From Octopus bimaculoides (lineage: Eukaryota), in assembly GCF_001194135.2 (NCBI RefSeq), contig NC_068989.1, positions 33,164,094 through 33,228,093 of the forward strand: 64,000 nucleotides of DNA, written 5' to 3'. Below, piece by piece: positions 27,245 through 37,828 of the stretch. The translations under genes were made by a program, and so were the position numbers. The first letter of the stretch is position 1. Every line of letters begins with the position of its first letter. Below the pieces are notes generated by a model. It was not told where the DNA came from. It saw only the letters and a list, made by a program, of their open reading frames with translations, and made no database searches.

Positions 27245-28247
27245 TTAGTAGCAGAGGTGGATGCTCCAAGAGCATAGCTGTGAGAACAAAAATAGGCTGG
27301 GCAAAGTTCAGAGAGCTCCTACCTCTGCTGGCAACAAAGGGCCTCTCCCTCAGAGTGAAAGGCAGATTGAATGATGCGTCTGTGTGAACAGCTATGTTAC
27401 ATGGCAGTAAAACATGGCTGACAGCCAAGGACAAGTGTAAGCTTGAAAGAAATGAAGTCAGTATGCTTTGCTGGATGTGCAATGTCAGTGTGCATGTTCG
27501 ACAGAGTGTAAGCATCTTGAGAGAAAAGTTGGGCATAAGAGGCATCAGATGTGGTGTGCAAGAGAGACAAATGTGCTGGTATGGTCAAGTGGTGCATATG
27601 GACAAGGACAGCTGTGTAAAGAAGTGCTGATCTCTAACTTTGAATGGAACCTGTGGTAGAGGTAGACCCAAGAAGACATGGGACGAGGTGGTGAAGCATG
27701 ATCTTTGAACTTTGGGCCTCACAGAGGCAATGACTAATGACCGAGACCTTTGATGATATGCTGTGCTTGAGAAGACCTGTCAAGTCAAGTGAGATTGCAG
27801 TCGTGGCTGATGCTGGTGTCACCTAACTAGCACCCATGCTGGTGGCACGTAAAAAGCACCTTTCAAGCACTGGGCCTCACGGAGGGAAAGTGGCCAATGC
27901 CTGTGGCACATGAAAAGCACCTTTTGAATGTTGGGCCTCACAGAGGCAATGACAAATGATCAAAACTCTTGGCATTATGTCGTGCTTGAGAAGAATACCC
28001 ATCAAGCCAAGTAAAATTGCAGTCGTGGCAGATACTAGTGTCATTCAAATGGCACCCGTGTTGGTGGCACATAAAAGCACCCATTAAACTCTTGAAGTGG
28101 TTAGCATAAGGAAAGGCATACAGCCATAGAAACCATACCAAATCAGACTGGAGTCTGGTGCAGCCTTCCAACTTGCCAGCTCTGGTTAAACCATCGAACC
28201 TATGCCAGCATGGACAACAGACATTAAATGATGATGATGATGATGAT
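27245..28247 (+). mobile_element. 5'-truncated RTE LINE with an internal duplication of the ORF end and 3'UTR
   Basis: MLHGSKTW...GRGRPKKTWDEVVKHDL; the ttgggcctcacagaggcaatgac segment is repeated; (GAT)n tail. Confidence 0.88.
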
Positions 28248-28929
28248 AGTTATAACTCACTGAAGCAAACGAGTGGTTTGCTGGGTCATTGATAGAGCTT
28301 GTTTACATAATGAAAACATGTTAAAGTCCATTAGGGACATTCTTAATTCAGTGCGAGATCAAAAAACGTTCTGTACCAATGGAATTTCAGTATAGCAGTT
28401 GAATGCTTTCCTTATCCAACTGAAATATATAGAAATCCTATGTTCCAACACTAAGTCCTAAAATGAAGGTAGTAGAACCACAACTAAATAAACAAAGACT
28501 CAATGTTGCATTAAGAGCATTTATTAAAAGTATCTTTGATATTTATTAGAAATATCTTTACAACATTGATACAATCAACAAATAAAATACACAGGCTACC
28601 TATGTATTGCTAATAATCTGTTCCAATTTATCGAAAAGTCCAACTCATGCCAATATGGAAAACAGACCCTAAAGTGAAATGATAATGAACTTCAATTGCA
28701 GTAACTTAAGGAATATCAAAGTTTATTAATTGCTCATCTAAATCTAATACCACAAATATTCTCCCCAGTATTACCTACTTCAAGTGATGAACTTAACATC
28801 ATATATCACCAAATTGTGAAGAAAAATGAAATCCTTTCATGGACCACATGTTAGCTCTGGTTTCTGAAGCATCATGAGAACAAAAAAATATATTTCCAAT
28901 TATATATAGTGAGAAGGAGTTCAGCTTAC

Positions 28930-29026
28930 CTGAACCTGTTCTTTCTTTTTGTACTCTTCAACATTAACAAAAGAATTGATGACCCCGTGTAGCACAGCCT
29001 GGTTAACATACCCGCCATTTCGATCT
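28930..29026 (-). CDS. CUL2: Cullin-2 coding exon 6 (97 nt; [32 protein letters not shown])
   Basis: Matches [34 protein letters not shown] / GTAAGC boundaries. Confidence 0.96.
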
Positions 29027-30343
29027 CTGCAACAAATTAATGAAGCATTCTGTTTATGTAGCATATAGTAATTTAGATCATTACAGGGTGGCAACATCAG
29101 GATAAGGGATTTATAGGTTAAACAGGACTCTGAAGACAGAGCATCTGGTTTAGTTATTATAGGGGTTAGTTAATTACAATATGCAAAAAAGACTTATTAT
29201 GTAAGTAGGAGCATTTAAAGATCTTATGCATTGCGTCTAAGGATTTCCAATACTTCTACTATATGTATATAACTCCTATCTGTCTCCACTACTTTTATAA
29301 AGCTGTGTTGAATGTATAATTGACCACATAATTGTGTAATATATATTTTTGTCAGTAAACTTTCAAATATATCAAGCTAATGAAGTACAGCTAGCTTTAT
29401 TCCTATTCTTAAATGTGTGCAGGTAGTTATACCAGTGATGTTTAAATTTAGATGTTATTATTAGAATTTGGTTTACTGATGAGATTACTAAGTCAGAGAG
29501 GATATTGGTGTAAGCTGGAGGGTTCAAAACATATTTAATTCCAAGGTGGTCAAGGACATTGTTGCTAGTCAGGATATGATATAAGTTCCTACAATTAAAC
29601 CTGCAATATTTTTTGTGAGGTTAGACATGGCAGGACAGGCAAGTTTTACAGTATGTCTTTTGAAAATTTCCCTGTATTGCTAGATGGAGTGAAGTGTTTA
29701 TCCAAAGCCCAGGAAAATACCTTCCAGAATATCTTCTTACATAATTTATTTTCCCTTCTAACAATATTGTTTTTAGTAGTTAGGTTAGAGTTAGTTTTTT
29801 TTATTACTATATAGTAGTGTGTGACTGTTACAATTACTCAGAGAATAAGCACAATTATTTTTAATACTCTCACCTATGTGAATAATTTTTTATTACCATA
29901 TCTTAGTGCCTTGTAATAATCATAATTATACATATATAGAAACACACATACATACATACATGCAAATATGCATATAAAAATAATAGCAATAATAACAACA
30001 ATGATGAAATTAACTGCACATGGTTCCAGTTTGAAATTGCCAATTGATAAAAGTGAGATGTTTTCATAAGCATAAAATGAAGAAAAGAAATTAATATAAA
30101 ATTGAAATTTGAATTATTTTTTATTGCATGCATTAGTGAACAATATCATTGGAAATTTGTACTTAATCTGAATAAAAATTTAATAAAAAATATAATTTTA
30201 TTGATTTGAATTCACACAAATTTCCATTTGATTTTTTAAATTATTTCAATTTGATCTCCATCCTTTGGTTTATGAAAACACCTCACATTTATCAATTCAA
30301 TTTTAAATTACTAAGAAGGAAAAAATGTATCAAAATACCCTCC

Positions 30344-30543
30344 ATTATTTACATTATTTACATTTGATGGATATTTGTCCTCGTCTTGTTTGTTGTTAAC
30401 ACAACAATTTGGCTGATATACCCTCCAGCCTTCATCAGGTATATCAGCCAAAATGTTGTGTTAACAACAAACAAAATGGACAAATATCCGTCAAATGTAA
30501 ATAATGTACATAATTCCTCATCTCTTACATATAGAACTGTAAG
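30344..30543. mobile_element. Penelope pseudo-LTR-derived mini-foldback with a degenerate hammerhead core
   Basis: About 70-bp inverted arms (30351-30421 / 30438-30507); minus-strand CTGATGA-aggctg...cagcc; ATACCCTCC direct repeats flank it. Confidence 0.75.
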
Positions 30544-30732
30544 ATACCCTCCTTTCTAGCTTTTATTCTTGAGCTTCGTTTTTTTTTCTTTAAACATAAT
30601 AACTAATATATTACTAAAAATACCATATTAATTGCTCTTTTTTTTTTGTGCTTTACTTGGAAAATAATAGAAGCATATGTTTGCATTTAAGTTGAAAAGA
30701 AGAGATACAAAAGAATTTTAGCTGTAACTCAC

Positions 30733-30815
30733 TTTTGAATTTCTTGTAATATCAGCAATATTAACTGTAATTTTAATGGCTCAATCATGTGTCGTTTCCA
30801 TATATCCAAACACAA
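30733..30815 (-). CDS. CUL2: Cullin-2 coding exon 5 (83 nt; LCLDIWKRHMIEPLKLQLILLILQEIQK)
   Basis: Matches LALDMWRKLMVEPL; pyrimidine tract plus AG acceptor and GTGAGT donor. Confidence 0.94.
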
Positions 30816-30849
30816 CTTTAGAATAGAAAAGATCAAAAGAAGTCAATTT

Positions 30850-31050
30850 ATAATATTGGTTTCAAATTTTGGCACAAGGCCAGTGAGTTCAGTAGAGGGG
30901 CTTAGTCTATTAATTCAACCCTAGTGTTCAACGTTGAAAGGATGTAAGGCAAAGTCAACTTCAGCAGAATTTTAACTCAGAATGTAAAACTGGAATAAAT
31001 GCCACTATGCATTTTGCCTGGCATGCTAACAATTCTACCAACTGAGCATC
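30850..31050 (-). mobile_element. tRNA-derived SINE
   Basis: Same family as 35865-36050 and 43780-44000 (gttcaaattcc B-box-like; gactttgcctttcatcc core). Confidence 0.7.
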
Positions 31051-31497
31051 AATTTCTATCTATCTATCTATCTATCTATCATTGTTGCTTTAATGGCCAC
31101 TTTTTCATACTTGCATGAGTCAGATGAAATTTGTGGCAGATTTTCAACAGCCAAATATCCTTCCTATCGCCAACCTCACCTGTTTCCATGTAAGGTAATA
31201 CTTCTCCATGATCAGACTTGTTTTCATGTAAGATTGGAAATGACTGATACCACTTGCATGATGACAACACTTGTTTACAACTATCAAGCAATGTCAAGGA
31301 AAGGAGAAAGTAAAACACACATATATATAAAGACATGATGGAGTTCTTTCAGTTTCTATTTACCACATCCACTCACAATGCTTTGGCTGGCCCTGGACTA
31401 TAGTAGAAGACATTTACACAAAGTGCTATGCAATGGGACTGAACTGTAACCATGATAAAACTTCTAAGAGATATAGTCAACTGTAGTGTATAACTAA

Positions 31498-31770
31498 GGG
31501 CACATAGCCTGGTGGCTAGAGTGTTACATTCATGATTACAAGATCATGGTTTGCATTCCCAGAACAGGAGGTACATAATGTTCTTGAGCAAAACACTTAA
31601 TTTCCTAGTGCTCTGTGACCACTTCAACATCTGTATGTGGTGCACCATGCTCCTGTACAGGCAATGTAGGTTTGATGGATGGAGTGAGTTAATTTACAGC
31701 ACAAATATTTGATCACTGTGCAGGTTGTTCAACAAGAAATTGCAGAAACCACATCTGTCATCGACAACAT
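31498..31770 (+). mobile_element. tRNA-derived SINE (second family)
   Basis: A-box/B-box-like head (tagcctggtggctagagtg ... ggtttgcattcc) followed by a ttcttgagcaaaacactt core. Confidence 0.6.
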
Positions 31771-32303
31771 ACTACAAATACTAGTACTGATGTTTTCAAT
31801 CCTAGAGAGCTAAAAGATGAAGTCAATCCTAATAGAATTTGCAATTTATATGTAAGAAAAGGTAAGTAAATGTTATAAAGTATTTTGTCCAGTGATCTAC
31901 CATTTTTACTACTCTACTGCCCTCACATTATTTATAAATATTAATTTTGTGACTAAAACAAAACCAATGACAGGATTTCATTTCCTATAAATGTGACACA
32001 TCATGCTTAAGATGTTTCTCATTTTGCTAAGTTGATAAAATACATACCAGTAGTGTACAGATGTCAAATAAAACAATAACTAATAAAAGGTAATTCATAT
32101 TCAGAGAGGAATATATTTCATAAACACTTAGTTTTTAGTCAGTACATCAATATTTTCGAACATGAAGATAATTTCAAAAACATTTTAATTTTATCAAATT
32201 CTTTAAATAGATCTTCAAAAAATGTAACAAGTTCAAATAAAAATTACAAATAAATTCCACAAGAAATGAAAAAATAAAATTGAATACAGTCTAAAATATT
32301 CAC

Positions 32304-32409
32304 CTCACCAATTTCAAGTTTCTGATCACTGGCTTCATAGTTAAAAGAACCATATGCCAGATCAGCATCAGACAGTTTTTGCTTCTTTATGTAAGTTGTA
32401 TTTAAATAA
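32304..32409 (-). CDS. CUL2: Cullin-2 coding exon 4 (106 nt; YLNTTYIKKQKLSDADLAYGSFNYEASDQKLEIGE)
   Basis: Matches CUL2 [20 protein letters not shown]...EIGE; TTTCAG / GTGAAT boundaries. Confidence 0.95.
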
Positions 32410-32661
32410 CTGAAACATGTTAATAATAGAAATTAATAATTATCATATATATGGAACTGGAGAATATATAATATAAAAAAACTTTCATTACTGTGGCAAA
32501 TCAATAAATGTCAATATAATCAATTTATATAAATCTAGCAAAATTATCCATTAGTTAATGCTAATCCTTTAAGAAACTTCAAGGATCTTTAGGCTCTTTA
32601 GAAACTCTGGTTTCCATTTATCCTGGGAAACAACAGAGATAGGGTGTTGGATTCAGTAGAT

Positions 32662-32880
32662 TTAACCCCTTTGTTACCATATTTCTGCTGAGATACTCTG
32701 TGTTTCTTTCAATTGATTTTAAATATAACAAAAAATTTAGTAAAATAACTTAGTTATCATTAAGCTAGTATTAGAAACATAAATTGTGACTAAGGTTTGG
32801 TGGAAGATTTTAATTCAGAACTTTTGAAAACAAGACATTTGTACCACAGAGTCAGAGTCGATTTCAGGCAGGTTGGACAA
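32662..32880. mobile_element. piggyBac-type TTAA MITE remnant
   Basis: TTAA-CCCCTTTGTTACCATATTTC start; right end degenerate. Confidence 0.5.
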
Positions 32881-33099
32881 ATCTCTATTGAGTTACATCT
32901 TCTTGGAAGCTATATCTAAAATATAAGAGAGCTATGGCTTAATCTTACAAAAAGACAAAAAAATTCCTTCCAGTGAGATTTTAAATCATAACCCATGCCA
33001 TTTTGTTCCCACTGCCATTGACATCAAATAAAAATGTATTTTCAGGTCAGCTCTAAAATTTTGGCTTACAACTCCTAGAGAGATCATGAACCAGTTAAC

Positions 33100-33915
33100 T
33101 CTCACTTTAGAGAAGTTCAGTGAAAACAATGTTATTGTTGTAGACATCGGCAAAGCCTTGCAAGCATATCCAGAGACTAACTTTCCCCAGTCATGCATCA
33201 TCCATACAACCTAGACACCACATACAAAGCCTGCATTGATTCCATGCACAGAAATCTTGAGAGCGTCTACAGCAGAGCCATGCCAACCTAGTCTCTTTTA
33301 ACATCAAAATAGCTCAAGCACTACCAATAAACACTACTAAGAAAACATCACCACACACTCCTAAACATGAGTGGCACTTAACTAGAGCTCTCTTACCTGA
33401 CAAAAGCACATCCCAAAGACTGACCCTTTTTCTTCAGAGATAGAAAATGTATTAGGCCTCAACAGCTGCCAACACTCTACCAGGTTCAAATTAAGATTCA
33501 CAAATAAGTAATACTCCCACATCTAGAACAGTGCTGCTATTACACACACCAACATCCTGGACATGAATTCAGAGAAAAGCCACTCGACTGATTGGCATTT
33601 AATTACTAATGGATATGCTCAAGACTCAGACTACAGAAGTGCTGTCTCCATTGTCTTTTATATTGCCATTATAATGGCCTCTATTCCTCAGAGTTGACTA
33701 TCTTATACCTCCACCACTCACACCCCAACCAGCTCATCTCCCTATTATCACACTTGTTGTGTCCACCTGACATTGACCACTATGTTCAGTCCTTCCTCCC
33801 CAGAACATCAACCCTTTAGGATGTTCTCCCTGCTAATGTCTTTCTTGCCGGTATTGATCTCCAGCAATTTAAATGGAACATTAATAGCATCAAGTTCAAT
33901 GGTCTCAGATGTCAT
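33100..33915 (+). mobile_element. Decayed Jockey/CR1-like LINE RT fragment
   Basis: VIVVDIGKALQ (DISKAFD-like), NILDM.QRKATRLIG, HYVQSFLPRTSTL, DLQQFKWNIN. Confidence 0.7.
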
Positions 33916-34538
33916 GGGTACTGCCTGCTCCTTCCTTTTACTTCCTTAGTTAAAAAAGAAACAAAAGACTATGGGTGTGATAACCAAAGAATTGTAGCAC
34001 TGAGTTTAGGCACCATCAGAACTATATATACTCTTTTTCAGTTAAATATTTTACATACATCAGACAATATCCAGAATAAATCATTCAATGTTAAAGATTT
34101 GCAATAAAGGAAATTTACATAATACGTACCATAAAACATACAAAATAATTAATTCCATGTAAAGATATTATTAATCATTACTAGTTCGTATCATTTTACA
34201 CCTGTTTTTCCATGTTGGCGTGGGTTGGGTAGGTTTTCAATAACAGCTTTATGACCTCATGTCCTTCCTGTTGCCAACTCTTTTAGTTACCTCATACAAC
34301 ATGGTGTATCTACTGTAAAGCAGAGTTACTTAACAGTCTTGCTCCAAAATATTTTGGGATGTCTACATCTAGGAGAATAAATGGAGATGACAACAGGAAG
34401 ACACTGATTTTGATGTAATTGGATCACAATACTTGATACTGAGTTATTCTCATCTCATATCAAAGCCTGTAACTTGCTCAATCAGTACAAAGGATTAAAT
34501 AAAAATTGGTGAGATTATATTGTTTTTATTAAACTTAC

Positions 34539-34630
34539 CCAAAAAGTTGGTTCAAATATATGGATCCTTGACTGTATTCTTGCCAATGTTTGTGGTATGC
34601 TGATAATATGTTGCTATCATTTCGAACAGT
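34539..34630 (-). CDS. CUL2: Cullin-2 coding exon 3 (92 nt; TVRNDSNILSAYHKHWQEYSQGSIYLNQLFG)
   Basis: Cullin repeat motif YH..W.EYS.G..Y; TTTTAG acceptor and GTAAGT donor. Confidence 0.94.
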
Positions 34631-35864
34631 CTAAAATTAATAAGAAGGACAGAGAAGCTTATAATCTTAGAGTAAACTGTGACAGTATTAAAGAAAACAA
34701 TATAACAGAACATCATCAACACACTGTTGTGTCAACATGCCTTACCATCCTTATTTTCATTCTTTACTAGCAGTATGTAAAATCACAAAATATTAGCTAT
34801 ATTTTCTCAGCCCCTATTTTATTTAATTCATAAATTTGTGTAAGAATTTCTCAATGAAAATCTCCCAATCTGGTTAGAAAGAAGCAATTTTGATGAAAAT
34901 GCATTTATTCCAGTATAAAAATCGTACAAATATAACTATTCCATGAATTTGGATGGAACTTAATGAGATGTAACAAATGCTGATATACATTGTGAATGTG
35001 GTTGTGAAGCTGCACAACTTGTATTTGAAAAAATATTCAGTGATATGCCTTCATCTCCTTCATTGTGGTGTTGCTCTGTTGATGCATATATCATGTAATT
35101 TTATCACTCATCATCATCATCATCAACAACAACAACAAAAATCTCTTCAGGAAAAAGTTGAAGAAAATGTACCACAGACTTTACTTCTAAGTTGAAAATT
35201 TTTTGAGGGCCAACACCACAAATGAAAGCATTAACACAATGATTATGTGATCAATCCACTCCAACTCAAAATTAATAAATCTTGATATCATTTAGATTGC
35301 TGGTGTGTATAGATGACACTGAAGTATCTGTCTGATTATTTACTTCAAGTCCAAGCTCTCTTATTCTAATTAAATCATTAAATCAATAAATAGACAACAA
35401 CAAATAAATCATTAATAAATAATATCACTGAATTTCAACTCACTGCTTGAGGTATATCTGCCATAATACTTGAAAATTGAAACAAGAAAAAAAATCCCAA
35501 AATGTCCAACAGATACAAATGCACATGGTGCAAATAGGAAGTCATTTGTCAGAAAGTACTTTTTAAAATAATACTAATCTTGATTTCTCGCACAGAAAAG
35601 TGTGTAACCCCAGTTTTTTAAATTGTGGTTACATATGGTTCAGGAACCAATGACAGTTTCAGTTACTTGCAGTACTGTAAGAATTACTATATTTGGTAAG
35701 GAAATAGTAAAGCACTTGTGAGGATATATGAACTGTCAGTTATTTGATAATAGCTGCAGCTCTCATGCTGATAATTTTAACTAAAATTATTATCATTATA
35801 TATTCTTCAAAATCTCCCATCTTTTGCTCTACTCCTTTGACTTAGTATATTTACTTAAAATATT

Positions 35865-36050
35865 GGCTTCAAATTTTAGCAGCAAGGCCAGTAAGTTGAT
35901 TACACCAACCCCAGTACTCAGCTGGTACTTAAAAGGGACGAAAGGCAAAGTTGACCTCAGCAGAATTTGAACTTAAAACTTAAAGGCAGACGAAATGCAA
36001 CTAAGCATTTTGCCCAGCACGTGAACAAATCTGCCAGCTTGCCACCTTAT
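35865..36050 (-). mobile_element. tRNA-derived SINE
   Basis: Homologous to 43780-44000. Confidence 0.72.
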
Positions 36051-37828
36051 ATTTGCTTAAAATATTGTACTGTAGTACAAATCAAGCAAACAATTGTAAT
36101 TATCACCATAAGTATAGAAACAGATATATTAAAACATTAAGAAGCTACATATGAATTGCTAGATAAAACAAAATGCTAGAATACAGTATCTTATGAACTG
36201 TAGCAAAAGATATATTAAAAAAAAACAAGAAAAAAAGAAAGCATTATAAAATTAACATAGGCACAGGTGTGGTTGTGTGGTAAGAAGTTTACTTCCCAAC
36301 CAGTTTCAGGTTCAGTCCCACTGCATAGCATCTTAGGCAAGTGTCTTCTACTATAGCCTTGGGCAAACCAAAGCCTTGTGAAAAGCTTTGATAGACGAAA
36401 ACTGAAAGAAGCCCATTGTGTACAGGATGTCCTAGAAAGATTTACCCATGTTTAAAACTCTTCCTAACGAATATCAGTTCAGGCCTCAGCAGCTGCTGAC
36501 ACTCTACCATGCTTACATTAGATTCACAAATGAGTAATACTCCCACATCTAGAACAATGCTGCTACTACACACACCAACATCCTGGACATGAATTCAGAG
36601 AAAAGCCACTCGACTGATTGGCATTTAATTACTAATGGATATGCTCAAGACTCAGACTACAGAAGTGCTGTCTCCATTGTCTTTTATATTGCCATTATAA
36701 TGGCCTCTATTCCTCAGAGTTGACTATCTTATACCTCCACCACTCACACCCCAACCAGCTCATCTCCCTATTATCACACTTGTTGTGTCCACCTGACATT
36801 GACCACTATGTTCAGTCCTTCCTCCCCAGAACATCAACCCTTTAGGATGTTCTCCCTGCTAATGTCTTTCTTGCCGGTATTGATCTCCAGCAATTTAAAT
36901 GGAACATTAATAGCATCAAGTTCAATGGTCTCAGAGAGACTTCAAATATTATCTACATTCTACATAAAGATTTGTATATGTCTTTTGTTCATGAATCTAT
37001 TGTTTCATTCATTCGTAATAGGTTTGTAAACAAACATAGCATCAAAAGCAAAGCATGACCAGATTGTCGCTTTGAAAACAGCTGGAGTGAGCAAAAAGGA
37101 TATAACAAAACAGTTGAATGTGTGCCGTAAAACAGTGTTCAATACCTGGAAACGATATATGGAGCCTGCTACTTCCTCTAACAATCCAATTCTTGGTAGG
37201 AAACAATCAATTCATACCAAACAAACAGTTACAGTTGTGGAGTAAATGAACTGAAATACCTACAGGAGTGCAAGAAAAACTGCAAAAGCTCTTGCTATTT
37301 CGAAATTGTCAACGCACAGGATTTTTAAAGAGGATTCAAAGCCAATTGCATACAAGAAACAATTCTGGCAGTTAATTTCAGCAGCTTCCAAGAAGAAACA
37401 GCTAGATAGGGGTGAAACCATGTTAGCTAAGATGAAGTGCACTGCTAACAAAGTGTTAATTTGGTCCAATGAGAAGATCCTCACCATGGAAGCAGTTACC
37501 AACAGGCAGAATGATAGGCTTTATACATGTAATGCAGGAGACTTGCTCGAAAGTAGCAGGAGTCATTTACACCAACAGAAACCAGCTTCACTCATGGTAT
37601 GGGCCACAGCTGCAAAGATAGGTCCAAGTCTCCTTTGATCTTCATCAATGCTGGCATCAAGGTCAACAGCAAAGTTTATGTGGAAATGTTGAATGAGAAA
37701 GTGTTATTCTAGGTCAGAGAAACCTTTGGTGACCGTTACATCTTCACTCAAAACAGGGCTCCGGCCCACACATCCAATTTGACACAGGGGTAGTGCAAAG
37801 AGTATTTCAATGGACTTTGCTATCTGGT

